From positions 1-5,182 of the forward strand of contig JAWABG010000101.1 in the NCBI GenBank assembly GCA_038884715.1: DNA of 5,182 bases, in the 5' to 3' direction. The notes below the pieces were generated by a model. It ran no database searches, was not told the origin of the DNA, and saw only the letters and a list, made by a program, of their open reading frames with translations. The translations under genes and the position numbers were made by a program. Shown piece by piece: positions 1 to 5,182 of the stretch. Positions within the stretch are counted from its first letter, which is position 1, and every line of letters begins with the position of its first letter. Source of the stretch: Candidatus Woesearchaeota archaeon. Its GTDB lineage: Archaea; Nanobdellota; Nanobdellia; Woesearchaeales; UBA9642.

Positions 1-70
1 ATATTAAAATATACATTGTTATTTTTTGTCAGATAAGTATTTTTCGAGCAGAAATAAAAAAGATAATATC

Positions 71-721
71 ATGAAAAAAATATTTTTTATTCTTGGTTTA
101 ATATTAGTCATTCCGCTAACAAATTTAAACGCTCAGAGAATTGGAAAACTTGCACCTGAAAAAGAACCGGAAATTTATCCGGATAATGCATGGGGAATTG
201 ATATTATGTTTGGTGAGTCAGGGTTTGGATTAGGTACATTTCTAAGAAGACAAATCGGAGGAAACTTCACTGCATTTGCTGATATTTCTTTTGCGGAAGC
301 TAAAGATGAAAGAGAAATTGAATACATTGATTACTTTGGACAAACATTTGTAATCGGTAAAAAGAATCGTGTCTTCCAGTTACCTCTTGTTTTGGGTTTA
401 CAGTACAGATTATTTAAAGGAGATATTGCAGATAATCTGCGACCTTACATCAGTGCAGGTGCCGGACCAACTTTAGTTATCACAACTCCATATGAAGAGG
501 AATTTTTCAGTGCATTCGGAAATGCTCAGTCCAAATTTGCGTTAGGTGGATATGTTGGAATAGGTGCAAACTTCGGAATTGATAAATCAAGTTTGGTTGG
601 ATTAAGTGTTCGGTATTTCAGAGTACAGTTTTTTGATGATGGAGTAGAAAGTCTGTTCGGCAGGTTCAAAGATAATTTAAGCGGATTCTTTATTGCTCTT
701 AACCTTGGGTTGATGTACTGA
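71..721 (+). CDS. Putative secreted outer-membrane beta-barrel protein (small porin/OmpW-like fold)
   Basis: The track ORF 26..721 opens on TTG. The first ATG at 71 gives MKKIFFILGLILVIPLTNLNAQ, a typical Sec signal peptide. The mature part has alternating hydrophobic beta-strand patterns (GLSVRYFRVQF, FFIALNLGLMY), Gly-rich turns and a C-terminal aromatic residue (Y). TGA stop at 719-721. Confidence 0.7.
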   Translation: MKKIFFILGLILVIPLTNLNAQRIGKLAPEKEPEIYPDNAWGIDIMFGESGFGLGTFLRRQIGGNFTAFADISFAEAKDEREIEYIDYFGQTFVIGKKNRVFQLPLVLGLQYRLFKGDIADNLRPYISAGAGPTLVITTPYEEEFFSAFGNAQSKFALGGYVGIGANFGIDKSSLVGLSVRYFRVQFFDDGVESLFGRFKDNLSGFFIALNLGLMY

Positions 722-744
722 GATAGGAATTGAATAACTTTTCT

Positions 745-874
745 TCTTAACGGCTCTGGCATAAGCCGCAACCGGTAATTTACAGCCAATGCTTTTATGT
801 GAATTAAATTTGTAAACTAACCTAATCCAAACTAACGACCGGAAAAGGTTTTCGGTTTGATGCCATTGTTAGGC
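745..874 (-). mobile_element. Integron attC recombination site (130 bp); on the minus/top strand R''=GCCTAAC (874..868) and R'=GTTAAGA (751..745)
   Basis: On the + strand TCTTAAC (745-751) faces GTTAGGC (868-874). Stem: 757-762 TGGCAT pairs with 860-865 ATGCCA, G859 is unpaired, 763-768 AAGCCG pairs with 853-858 (one G.T pair), then T852 is unpaired. Unpaired spacer is 5 nt (752-756) versus 2 nt (866-867). It starts 5 nt after the stop of the upstream minus-strand ORF. Confidence 0.75.
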
Positions 875-1575
875 AGTTTTTATTTTATTGACCAACCAAT
901 TCTGATAGCAGCTGTTAAACTAAAAAAATTACTACTACCGTGACTAAAAGGTTTATTAAATGGAAATTCGTTTTCGATAAAAGATAATGGATAAAAACTT
1001 ATTGTTCTACTTGTAATATAACGCCAGCCAATCCCAATTGAAAAATCTGAAACAAAACCGACAATGGAAATATTTTGATAACCATATTTCAAATGTAATG
1101 CACATTCATTTCTATAAACAGAGTATTTTTCAATAAAGCTATATATCTCTTCATCGGAAACTAAATATGCCCAATGATGATTTTTAGCATCTAAATAGCG
1201 ATAAAGAAAATCTATGCTGAAATATTGACCAATGTAAGTGGCTTCTTCTTTATCAATATATTTTCTTATTTCAGTTTCAAAAGTAAATCCACTTGAGTTA
1301 TCAAGATTAATAGAAAGAATATCGGGTTTTCTGTCAATATGTAATGAATATCCTAATTCTGAATTTATTGATAAATCTTCTGATAAACCTTTTTCAAGTC
1401 CAAATTGAATTGTTGAACTTTCATATTGAATTCCAGTTATCAAATCAAGTATGCTAAATTTTAAAATATAATCGTGCGAATATTCTTTTTGTTATGAATA
1501 ATTAATATTAATCCAAAGTACAAGGAAAAGTAATATTCTTTTTGTCATATTTTTCGTAAATGTTTATCTGCCTAA
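751..1575 (-). mobile_element. Integron gene cassette (825 bp) carrying the disrupted beta-strand-rich secreted protein gene
   Basis: Bounded by the G|TT crossover positions of R' GTTAGGC (1576..1570) and R' GTTAAGA (751..745). It holds one ORF followed by its own attC, and its size is typical of cassettes. Confidence 0.65.
880..1548 (-). pseudogene. Secreted beta-strand-rich (possible outer-membrane beta-barrel) protein gene interrupted by an in-frame TAA at codon 19
   Basis: ATG at 1548 encodes MTKRILLFLVLWININYS, which looks like a signal peptide, then TAA (1494..1492). The same frame continues QKEYSHDYILKFSILDL and runs straight into the track ORF 880..1443, 35 codons downstream of the ATG. 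The track ORF has no internal ATG and opens only on TTG. Alternating-hydrophobic strands include FSIGIGWRYI, ALHLKYGYQ and FSIDFLYRY. TAA stop at 880-882. Confidence 0.6.
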
Positions 1576-1760
1576 CGACGTTGCGGTTAAGCTGCTGCCC
1601 AAAACAGGGAAGCTAAACTTTTACACAACTGCCAATGATTATTAAAAAACTTTTTTATTAGAATTACTTTGAACAAGATACTTTAAACGGAATAACAAAC
1701 TCTAAAAAATTTAAAAAGCCGAATGCGAAAGAAGCAGTCAGCTTGAACCGCTGGTTAGGT
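1570..1760 (-). mobile_element. Integron attC recombination site (191 bp, long variable loop); on the minus/top strand R''=ACCTAAC (1760..1754) and R'=GTTAGGC (1576..1570)
   Basis: On the + strand GCCTAAC (1570-1576) faces GTTAGGT (1754-1760). 1583-1598 GCGGTTAAGCTGCTGC pairs with 1734-1751 GCAG[T]CAGCTT[G]AACCGC, giving 16 Watson-Crick pairs with extrahelical G1745 and T1738 exactly 6 bp apart. Spacer is GACGTT (6 nt) versus TG (2 nt). The minus strand reads GTT[C]AAGCTG[A]C, the same L'' layout I recall for attC_aadA7. Confidence 0.85.
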
Positions 1761-2405
1761 TACTGTTGCTGAACCTTTATTTTTATTTTTTAATTCTTGA
1801 AGTTCCTTTAATAAACTTGAATATTGATATACAGCCTTCAGAAATTCTTTTGCAAATTTAATTGCAACATCCAATTCAGTTTTCCCAATATCTTTATAAA
1901 CTTTTGCTTCAATATGTGCAGCATCGTTTCCAAGCAATCTAAGTTCGTCTATACCTTCAATAAATTCTTTGGGAATGACAATTTTATTTCCAAGATCAAT
2001 TATTCTTTCTTTCAAATTGTTCCCGGTAGAGCTTTTATCTTCACAAATTTCCTCAATTGTTCTACGAACCATTATGGCTGATGCAATATATAATTGGTGT
2101 GAATGACAAGAAATTGCTTCTTCAAATGTATTTACTACTTTATTCGGAATATCCGTTACATCAAAATCAATTCGCTGTGAAGGATAAGACGCAACAACTT
2201 CACTTTTCTGAGAATCATAAATGAAGAATATATGAGTTTTACAATTTTTATTTGGACATTTTCGTTGACCAAGCCAAAGATTATTAACAACTAAATCTCC
2301 AGTTATTACAACATTTTCAAAAGAACCTTCACGTCCACAACCAGGGCATCTAATTGGAAGAGTTCCCAAATTACCAGAACTTTCTGATGTAACTTTTACA
2401 ATCAT
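1755..2405 (-). CDS. Zinc-ribbon + DUF4145-like domain protein (216 aa), function unknown
   Basis: ATG at 2405 is preceded by GAGG. The N-terminus has CPGC (res 20-23) and CPNKNC (res 50-55), a four-Cys zinc-ribbon pattern. The C-terminal half (IPNKVVNTFEEAISCHSHQLYIASAIMVRRTIEEI...IEGIDELRLLGNDAAHIE...) matches my recollection of the DUF4145 (PF13643) signature, namely EA..C, A.m.RR.iE and lR.lGN.aaH. TAA stop at 1757..1755. Confidence 0.8.
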   Translation of the reverse strand: MIVKVTSESSGNLGTLPIRCPGCGREGSFENVVITGDLVVNNLWLGQRKCPNKNCKTHIFFIYDSQKSEVVASYPSQRIDFDVTDIPNKVVNTFEEAISCHSHQLYIASAIMVRRTIEEICEDKSSTGNNLKERIIDLGNKIVIPKEFIEGIDELRLLGNDAAHIEAKVYKDIGKTELDVAIKFAKEFLKAVYQYSSLLKELQELKNKNKGSATVT

Positions 2406-2410
2406 ATATA

Positions 2411-2414
2411 CCTC
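2411..2414 (-). promoter_or_regulatory. Shine-Dalgarno-like GAGG, 5 nt upstream of the ATG at 2405
   Basis: The minus strand reads GTTAGGTTACTGAGGTATATATG. GAGG is the reverse complement of 2411-2414, followed by a 5-nt spacer TATAT and then ATG. Confidence 0.5.
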
Positions 2415-2418
2415 AGTA

Positions 2419-2607
2419 ACCTAACGACGTTGCCGCTAACCGGCAGCCCAGAACAACAATACCGAATAGAAGCAACATCTTTTTATTTATAAAAATGTTT
2501 CCTAGAACAACCGACCTAAAAGAGAAACTTAGTTTTGTAAACCAACCACAATAATTAAAACAAAGCCGCACTGAAAAACGCTGTCCGTGTTGAGCGGCTT
2601 GTTATAT
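2419..2607 (-). mobile_element. Integron attC recombination site (189 bp, long variable loop); on the minus/top strand R''=ATATAAC (2607..2601, degenerate) and R'=GTTAGGT (2425..2419)
   Basis: On the + strand ACCTAAC (2419-2425) faces GTTATAT (2601-2607). 2432-2447 GCCGCTAACCGGCAGC pairs with 2580-2598, giving 16 Watson-Crick pairs with unpaired G2592, T2588 and T2584. Spacer is GACGTT (6 nt) versus TT (2 nt). The first 14 nt CCTAACGACGTTGC are identical to the site at 1571-1584. It starts 8 nt after the stop of ORF 2616..3143. Confidence 0.75.
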
Positions 2608-2615
2608 GTAAATAA

Positions 2616-3143
2616 TCATAGATACTTTAAAATAGACTTATGTAATTCATCTAAATAATAAATTGGATATTTTATTTTATAATCACTTATATAATTATAT
2701 CCATTTTTTTTCAAGAAATTTTCTCCATCTTTTGTGGCAGATATAGAGAATGAATGATTGAATTTTAAAGGAATATTATTGATATAATTTCTCATTTCTT
2801 TAAATATATTCTTTGTAAGAATAAATGCGTGCATATCCTTGCTGATTATAAAAGAAGAAAAATAAAGTGAAGGTATTAATGAATTATTGAAAGGTAGTAT
2901 CTCCTTTTCTGTAATTTGGTTAGAAACTATACGTTGATAAGAGTCTAAATCAGTTATTAAAAATGAAATAATGGATAATATCTTACCATCTTCAACTATA
3001 GCATTACAAAAAAACACATCGGAATTAAGCCAGTGAATGAATTCTTCTACTGTAGCTTTAAATTCACTAGGATAATGACAATTCTCAAATTCATTTATAC
3101 TTTGAGAATATTCTTTACATTTTTTAGTTGACCATAAAACCAT
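2616..3143 (-). CDS. Hypothetical cytoplasmic protein, possible GNAT-fold acyltransferase-like (175 aa)
   Basis: ATG at 3143 lies 1 nt after the upstream stop (TAATATG), and the stop is TGA at 2616-2618. The size and the C-terminal SATKDGENFLKKNGYNYIS resemble the GNAT motif-B region (x-G-xx-F/L-kk-G-F/Y). No clear Q/RxxGxG/A acetyl-CoA loop is visible, so the fold assignment is weak. Confidence 0.6.
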   Translation of the reverse strand: MVLWSTKKCKEYSQSINEFENCHYPSEFKATVEEFIHWLNSDVFFCNAIVEDGKILSIISFLITDLDSYQRIVSNQITEKEILPFNNSLIPSLYFSSFIISKDMHAFILTKNIFKEMRNYINNIPLKFNHSFSISATKDGENFLKKNGYNYISDYKIKYPIYYLDELHKSILKYL

Positions 3144-3144
3144 A

Positions 3145-3753
3145 TTAGAAATAATGCTTGCATCTATTTGTTAAATCGGCTATATATAATGGAATAATTA
3201 ATATCGCAAAAACAATTATTAACCAATAAAACGACTCGAATAACTTTGCAAATGGTAGAATAACAACCATACCATTTAAGAAAATAAAAAGAAGTAAATA
3301 AAGTACAACCAGAATGAGGTCAATTAATTCATTAAAAAGAAAATCACGTTTTTTTATTTCTTCTTCAGCCAACTCTTTTGATGAAGCTATTCGTTTAAGA
3401 ATCCAAGATACAGGGACTGGGAAATATATAAGAATGGGAAGTAAGCACACACTTAAAAAGAAAATATTAAAAACAAGACCATTTGAGTTAGATGAAATTA
3501 TTGATACAGCTTTAATTGGTTTTCCGTCACCTTTATCGGTACCATAATTCTCATTTTCCATACCTATTTGTGAAATAATTGTGTTAATTCTTGTTTTATG
3601 TTCAACTAGATTATCAATTTTACTTAAAGGACTAAATCCTATGAAATATAATGAGGAAAGATAAAATACTAATACCACTAGAAGAGGTAAAAATCTTTTA
3701 ATCTGGAATAAATTTCTTATGAGACCAAGATTCTCTAAAAAACTCTTATTCAT
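3145..3753 (-). CDS. Hypothetical integral membrane protein, about 4 TM helices (202 aa)
   Basis: Hydrophobic segments FLPLLVVLVFYLSSLYFIGF, GLVFNIFFLSVCLLPILIYFPVPVSWIL, LIDLILVVLYLLLFIFLNGMVVILPF and FYWLIIVFAILIIPLYIADL. The start overlaps the upstream gene's stop by 8 nt (ATGAATAA). TAA stop at 3145-3147. Confidence 0.65.
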   Translation of the reverse strand: MNKSFLENLGLIRNLFQIKRFLPLLVVLVFYLSSLYFIGFSPLSKIDNLVEHKTRINTIISQIGMENENYGTDKGDGKPIKAVSIISSNSNGLVFNIFFLSVCLLPILIYFPVPVSWILKRIASSKELAEEEIKKRDFLFNELIDLILVVLYLLLFIFLNGMVVILPFAKLFESFYWLIIVFAILIIPLYIADLTNRCKHYF

Positions 3754-5182
3754 TTTTCTTACTCCCGAATAATAAGTTGAATAAAATTGAAAAAAGAACT
3801 ACAAGTGCATTAGCAAAATCTATATGTGATGAATGGATGGGATAATTAAAGAAGTAAACACATATTATTAGAAGAATGCTAATGAATAAAGTCATATGAA
3901 ATACTATTTTGTTCAATTTATAACCAGAAACAACCAAAATGATTGGACCAACAAAGCCACTACCAAGATAAAAAATAAAAGCTAACCAAGTACCTAAGTT
4001 GATTTGGAATAAAATAAATGGAGCAATAATAACAACTATAATAAACACTAACCTTCTATACGATGATAAAGAATATTTTTTGAAATCATTATGTATCACT
4101 TGAAGTATTGCTAGTAGATATGTATCGGCAGTCGATAAAAGGGCACTTACAAACGTGAGTGTGCTTATAATAACTAAAGCTCCGAGTAAAATATTTTGGT
4201 TTTTTAATTCAAAAATAAGTGCTGAAAAACTTGTAAGATTAAATGAACGAGCAATTATGGAGAGTAAAATGGGTATTAAGTAGAGGTAAGATAGATGAAA
4301 AGTACTTGAATAATATTTTTTACCAATCACTTTTATGACATCATCTTCGGGAATATTAAACTTAATAATAGCGTTAGAAAATAGTGTTAATCGCTGCCAA
4401 GTATCAAAGTAAATCAGTTGTGAGAATATTAGACCAATTATTAATGACGGAATTAATAACAATAGGTTTATCTGTGATAAATCGTTGTATAGTATATTAC
4501 CAATTTCTGAATAATTAAAATTTGTCAATGGATGAGATAATATTATTATAAGTATTAGAGCCAAAGAACCAAAAATTATCATCCAAAATTGAATATAGTC
4601 TGTAATTACAACACTGTTATAACCACCAATAATTACATACCAGCCTAAAAGAATCAATATGATTAGTCCAATAATAAATGAATTCAAAGAGGTAAAACTT
4701 ACTTCAGCACTTAAAAAATTTACGGAATAACCATATATCTCAGTAAATAGGAAAAGAATTAGTGAAGCAATTACTATGAGAGCGGTTAACTTTCTTGCAA
4801 GTTTTGATTCTGTACGAATACCAATTAGTAGTGGGTAATATTCTTTCTTAAGTGAGTGAGCATATACTTTTTTTAGAAATAATTTTGGGAATATTAGAAA
4901 ACTAAGCAAATAACCTAAAGAGAAAAAGAATGCATAATAAACATTAAGAAGACCCATATAAAATAAACCTAAAAATGCTGTCGTGAAAGAGGCATTTGTT
5001 GCTGTCAAAGTTTTCTCAAATTTTACTAATGCATCGTTTTGTGAAATAAATTCTCCAAAATCAAAAAATTCATCAGTTGTACTGATTACCTTTTTAAGTT
5101 TTTTTGAAACATAAAGGATAATGCCGACGAAATAGAGTATTGTTATGATTATAACTAATTCCGTTAAGTCGAATGATGCCAT
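3746..5182 (-). CDS. Polytopic membrane transporter, divergent sodium:solute symporter (SSS, TC 2.A.21)-like (478 aa)
   Basis: About 12-13 hydrophobic helices. The N-terminus MASFDLTELVIIITILYFVGIILYVSKKLKK is of the SSS type. LTATNASFTTAFLGLFYMG, VVITDYIQFWMIIFG and FDTWQRL resemble conserved SSS blocks (at.S..t.lG, tD.iQ...m..g, QR). The ATG falls exactly on the window edge (5182..5180), so an upstream extension cannot be excluded. Confidence 0.7.
   Translation of the reverse strand: MASFDLTELVIIITILYFVGIILYVSKKLKKVISTTDEFFDFGEFISQNDALVKFEKTLTATNASFTTAFLGLFYMGLLNVYYAFFFSLGYLLSFLIFPKLFLKKVYAHSLKKEYYPLLIGIRTESKLARKLTALIVIASLILFLFTEIYGYSVNFLSAEVSFTSLNSFIIGLIILILLGWYVIIGGYNSVVITDYIQFWMIIFGSLALILIIILSHPLTNFNYSEIGNILYNDLSQINLLLLIPSLIIGLIFSQLIYFDTWQRLTLFSNAIIKFNIPEDDVIKVIGKKYYSSTFHLSYLYLIPILLSIIARSFNLTSFSALIFELKNQNILLGALVIISTLTFVSALLSTADTYLLAILQVIHNDFKKYSLSSYRRLVFIIVVIIAPFILFQINLGTWLAFIFYLGSGFVGPIILVVSGYKLNKIVFHMTLFISILLIICVYFFNYPIHSSHIDFANALVVLFSILFNLLFGSKKNE

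Larger units (their letters stand above)
1576..2424 (-). mobile_element. Integron gene cassette (849 bp) carrying the Zn-ribbon/DUF4145-like gene
   Basis: Bounded by the G|TT crossover positions of R' GTTAGGT (2425..2419) and R' GTTAGGC (1576..1570). A single ORF starts 19 nt after the cassette boundary and has its own Shine-Dalgarno sequence. The ORF stop is embedded in the R'' box of the cassette's attC. Confidence 0.8.

Noticed and set aside
19-28. Possible Bacteroidetes-type -7 promoter element (TAnnTTTG) upstream of the OMP gene
   Set aside because: The sequence is TTATTTTTTG, which has the wrong spacing for an exact TAnnTTTG match. The window begins too close to the gene to see a -33 element, so it is not supportable.
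26-70. TTG start at 26 extending the OMP by 15 residues (MSDKYFSSRNKKDNI)
   Set aside because: The ATG at 71 begins a canonical signal peptide directly. The extension is hydrophilic and would bury the signal peptide.
526-789. 87-aa minus-strand ORF from the six-frame track
   Set aside because: It lies almost wholly antisense to the well-supported OMP gene (71-721) and runs into the attC arm. Its composition is unremarkable, with no start context. It is a shadow ORF.
1441-1443. TTG at 1443 as the true start of a 187-aa cytoplasmic protein
   Set aside because: The reading frame stays open upstream apart from a single TAA. It also joins in frame to an ATG plus signal peptide at 1548. A disrupted longer gene explains the data better than a leaderless beta-strand-rich protein starting on TTG.
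1492-1494. In-frame TAA as evidence of stop-codon reassignment
   Set aside because: TAA terminates the ORFs ending at 880, 1755, 3145 and 3746 in this same window, so it functions as a normal stop here.
1643-1657. Perfect A/T palindrome TAAAAAA-C-TTTTTTA inside the attC loop, and a similar bulged hairpin at 2474-2499
   Set aside because: The first has a 1-nt loop, so it cannot fold as a hairpin. Short A/T palindromes are expected by chance in sequence this AT-rich. They are mentioned only as part of the variable loop.
1824-2081. 85-aa plus-strand ORF
   Set aside because: It is entirely antisense to the DUF4145-like CDS. Its low-complexity F/N/I-rich translation is typical of the reverse frame of an AT-rich gene.
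745-2607. GC-rich repeated motifs (CCTAACGACGTTGC...) as a CRISPR array, REP/MITE elements or intrinsic terminators
   Set aside because: It is not CRISPR, because the copies occur as inverted pairs 130-190 bp apart and are separated by gene-sized (0.65 kb) segments rather than 30-40 bp spacers. It is not a typical terminator, because the stems carry conserved bulges, 100-nt-plus loops and no dedicated U-tract; the T-run after 874 is coding sequence of the minus-strand ORF. The terminal RYYYAAC/GTTRRRY-type boxes with strand-specific extrahelical G/T fit attC sites far better than REP or MITE ends.
3314-3547. 77-aa plus-strand ORF
   Set aside because: It is antisense within the 4-TM membrane protein gene, which sits in a translationally coupled operon. 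There is no independent support for it.

Overview
AT-rich window, possibly Bacteroidota/Ignavibacteriota-like (weak guess from composition and signal peptides). All six real genes are tightly packed, five of them on the minus strand. The main result is that the three intergenic gaps (745-874, 1570-1760, 2419-2607) are not ordinary spacers. Each is a GC-rich imperfect inverted repeat with the architecture of an integron attC site. Each has RYYYAAC / GTTRRRY-type boxes at the ends, though three of the six boxes deviate at 1-2 positions. Each has an asymmetric unpaired spacer (5-6 nt versus 2 nt). Each has a 16-17 bp stem carrying extrahelical G and T bases on the + strand, about 6 bp apart, and then a variable loop. 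The + strand is therefore the recombinogenic bottom strand, and the array reads right to left, in the same direction as the minus-strand ORFs. This defines two complete single-ORF cassettes. Cassette 1576-2424 encodes a zinc-ribbon + DUF4145-like protein whose TAA stop lies inside the attC R'' box. Cassette 751-1575 encodes a beta-strand-rich secreted protein broken by an in-frame TAA. Upstream of these, a translationally coupled three-gene unit (SSS-like transporter, 4-TM protein, possible GNAT-fold protein) ends 8 nt before an attC. No integrase or attI is visible, so I cannot tell whether this is a complete chromosomal integron or an integrase-less attC cluster (CALIN). A convergent outer-membrane beta-barrel gene (71-721, +) abuts the last attC. 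No tRNA, rRNA, CRISPR or transposase was seen. All domain calls come from reading motifs by eye; no searches were run.
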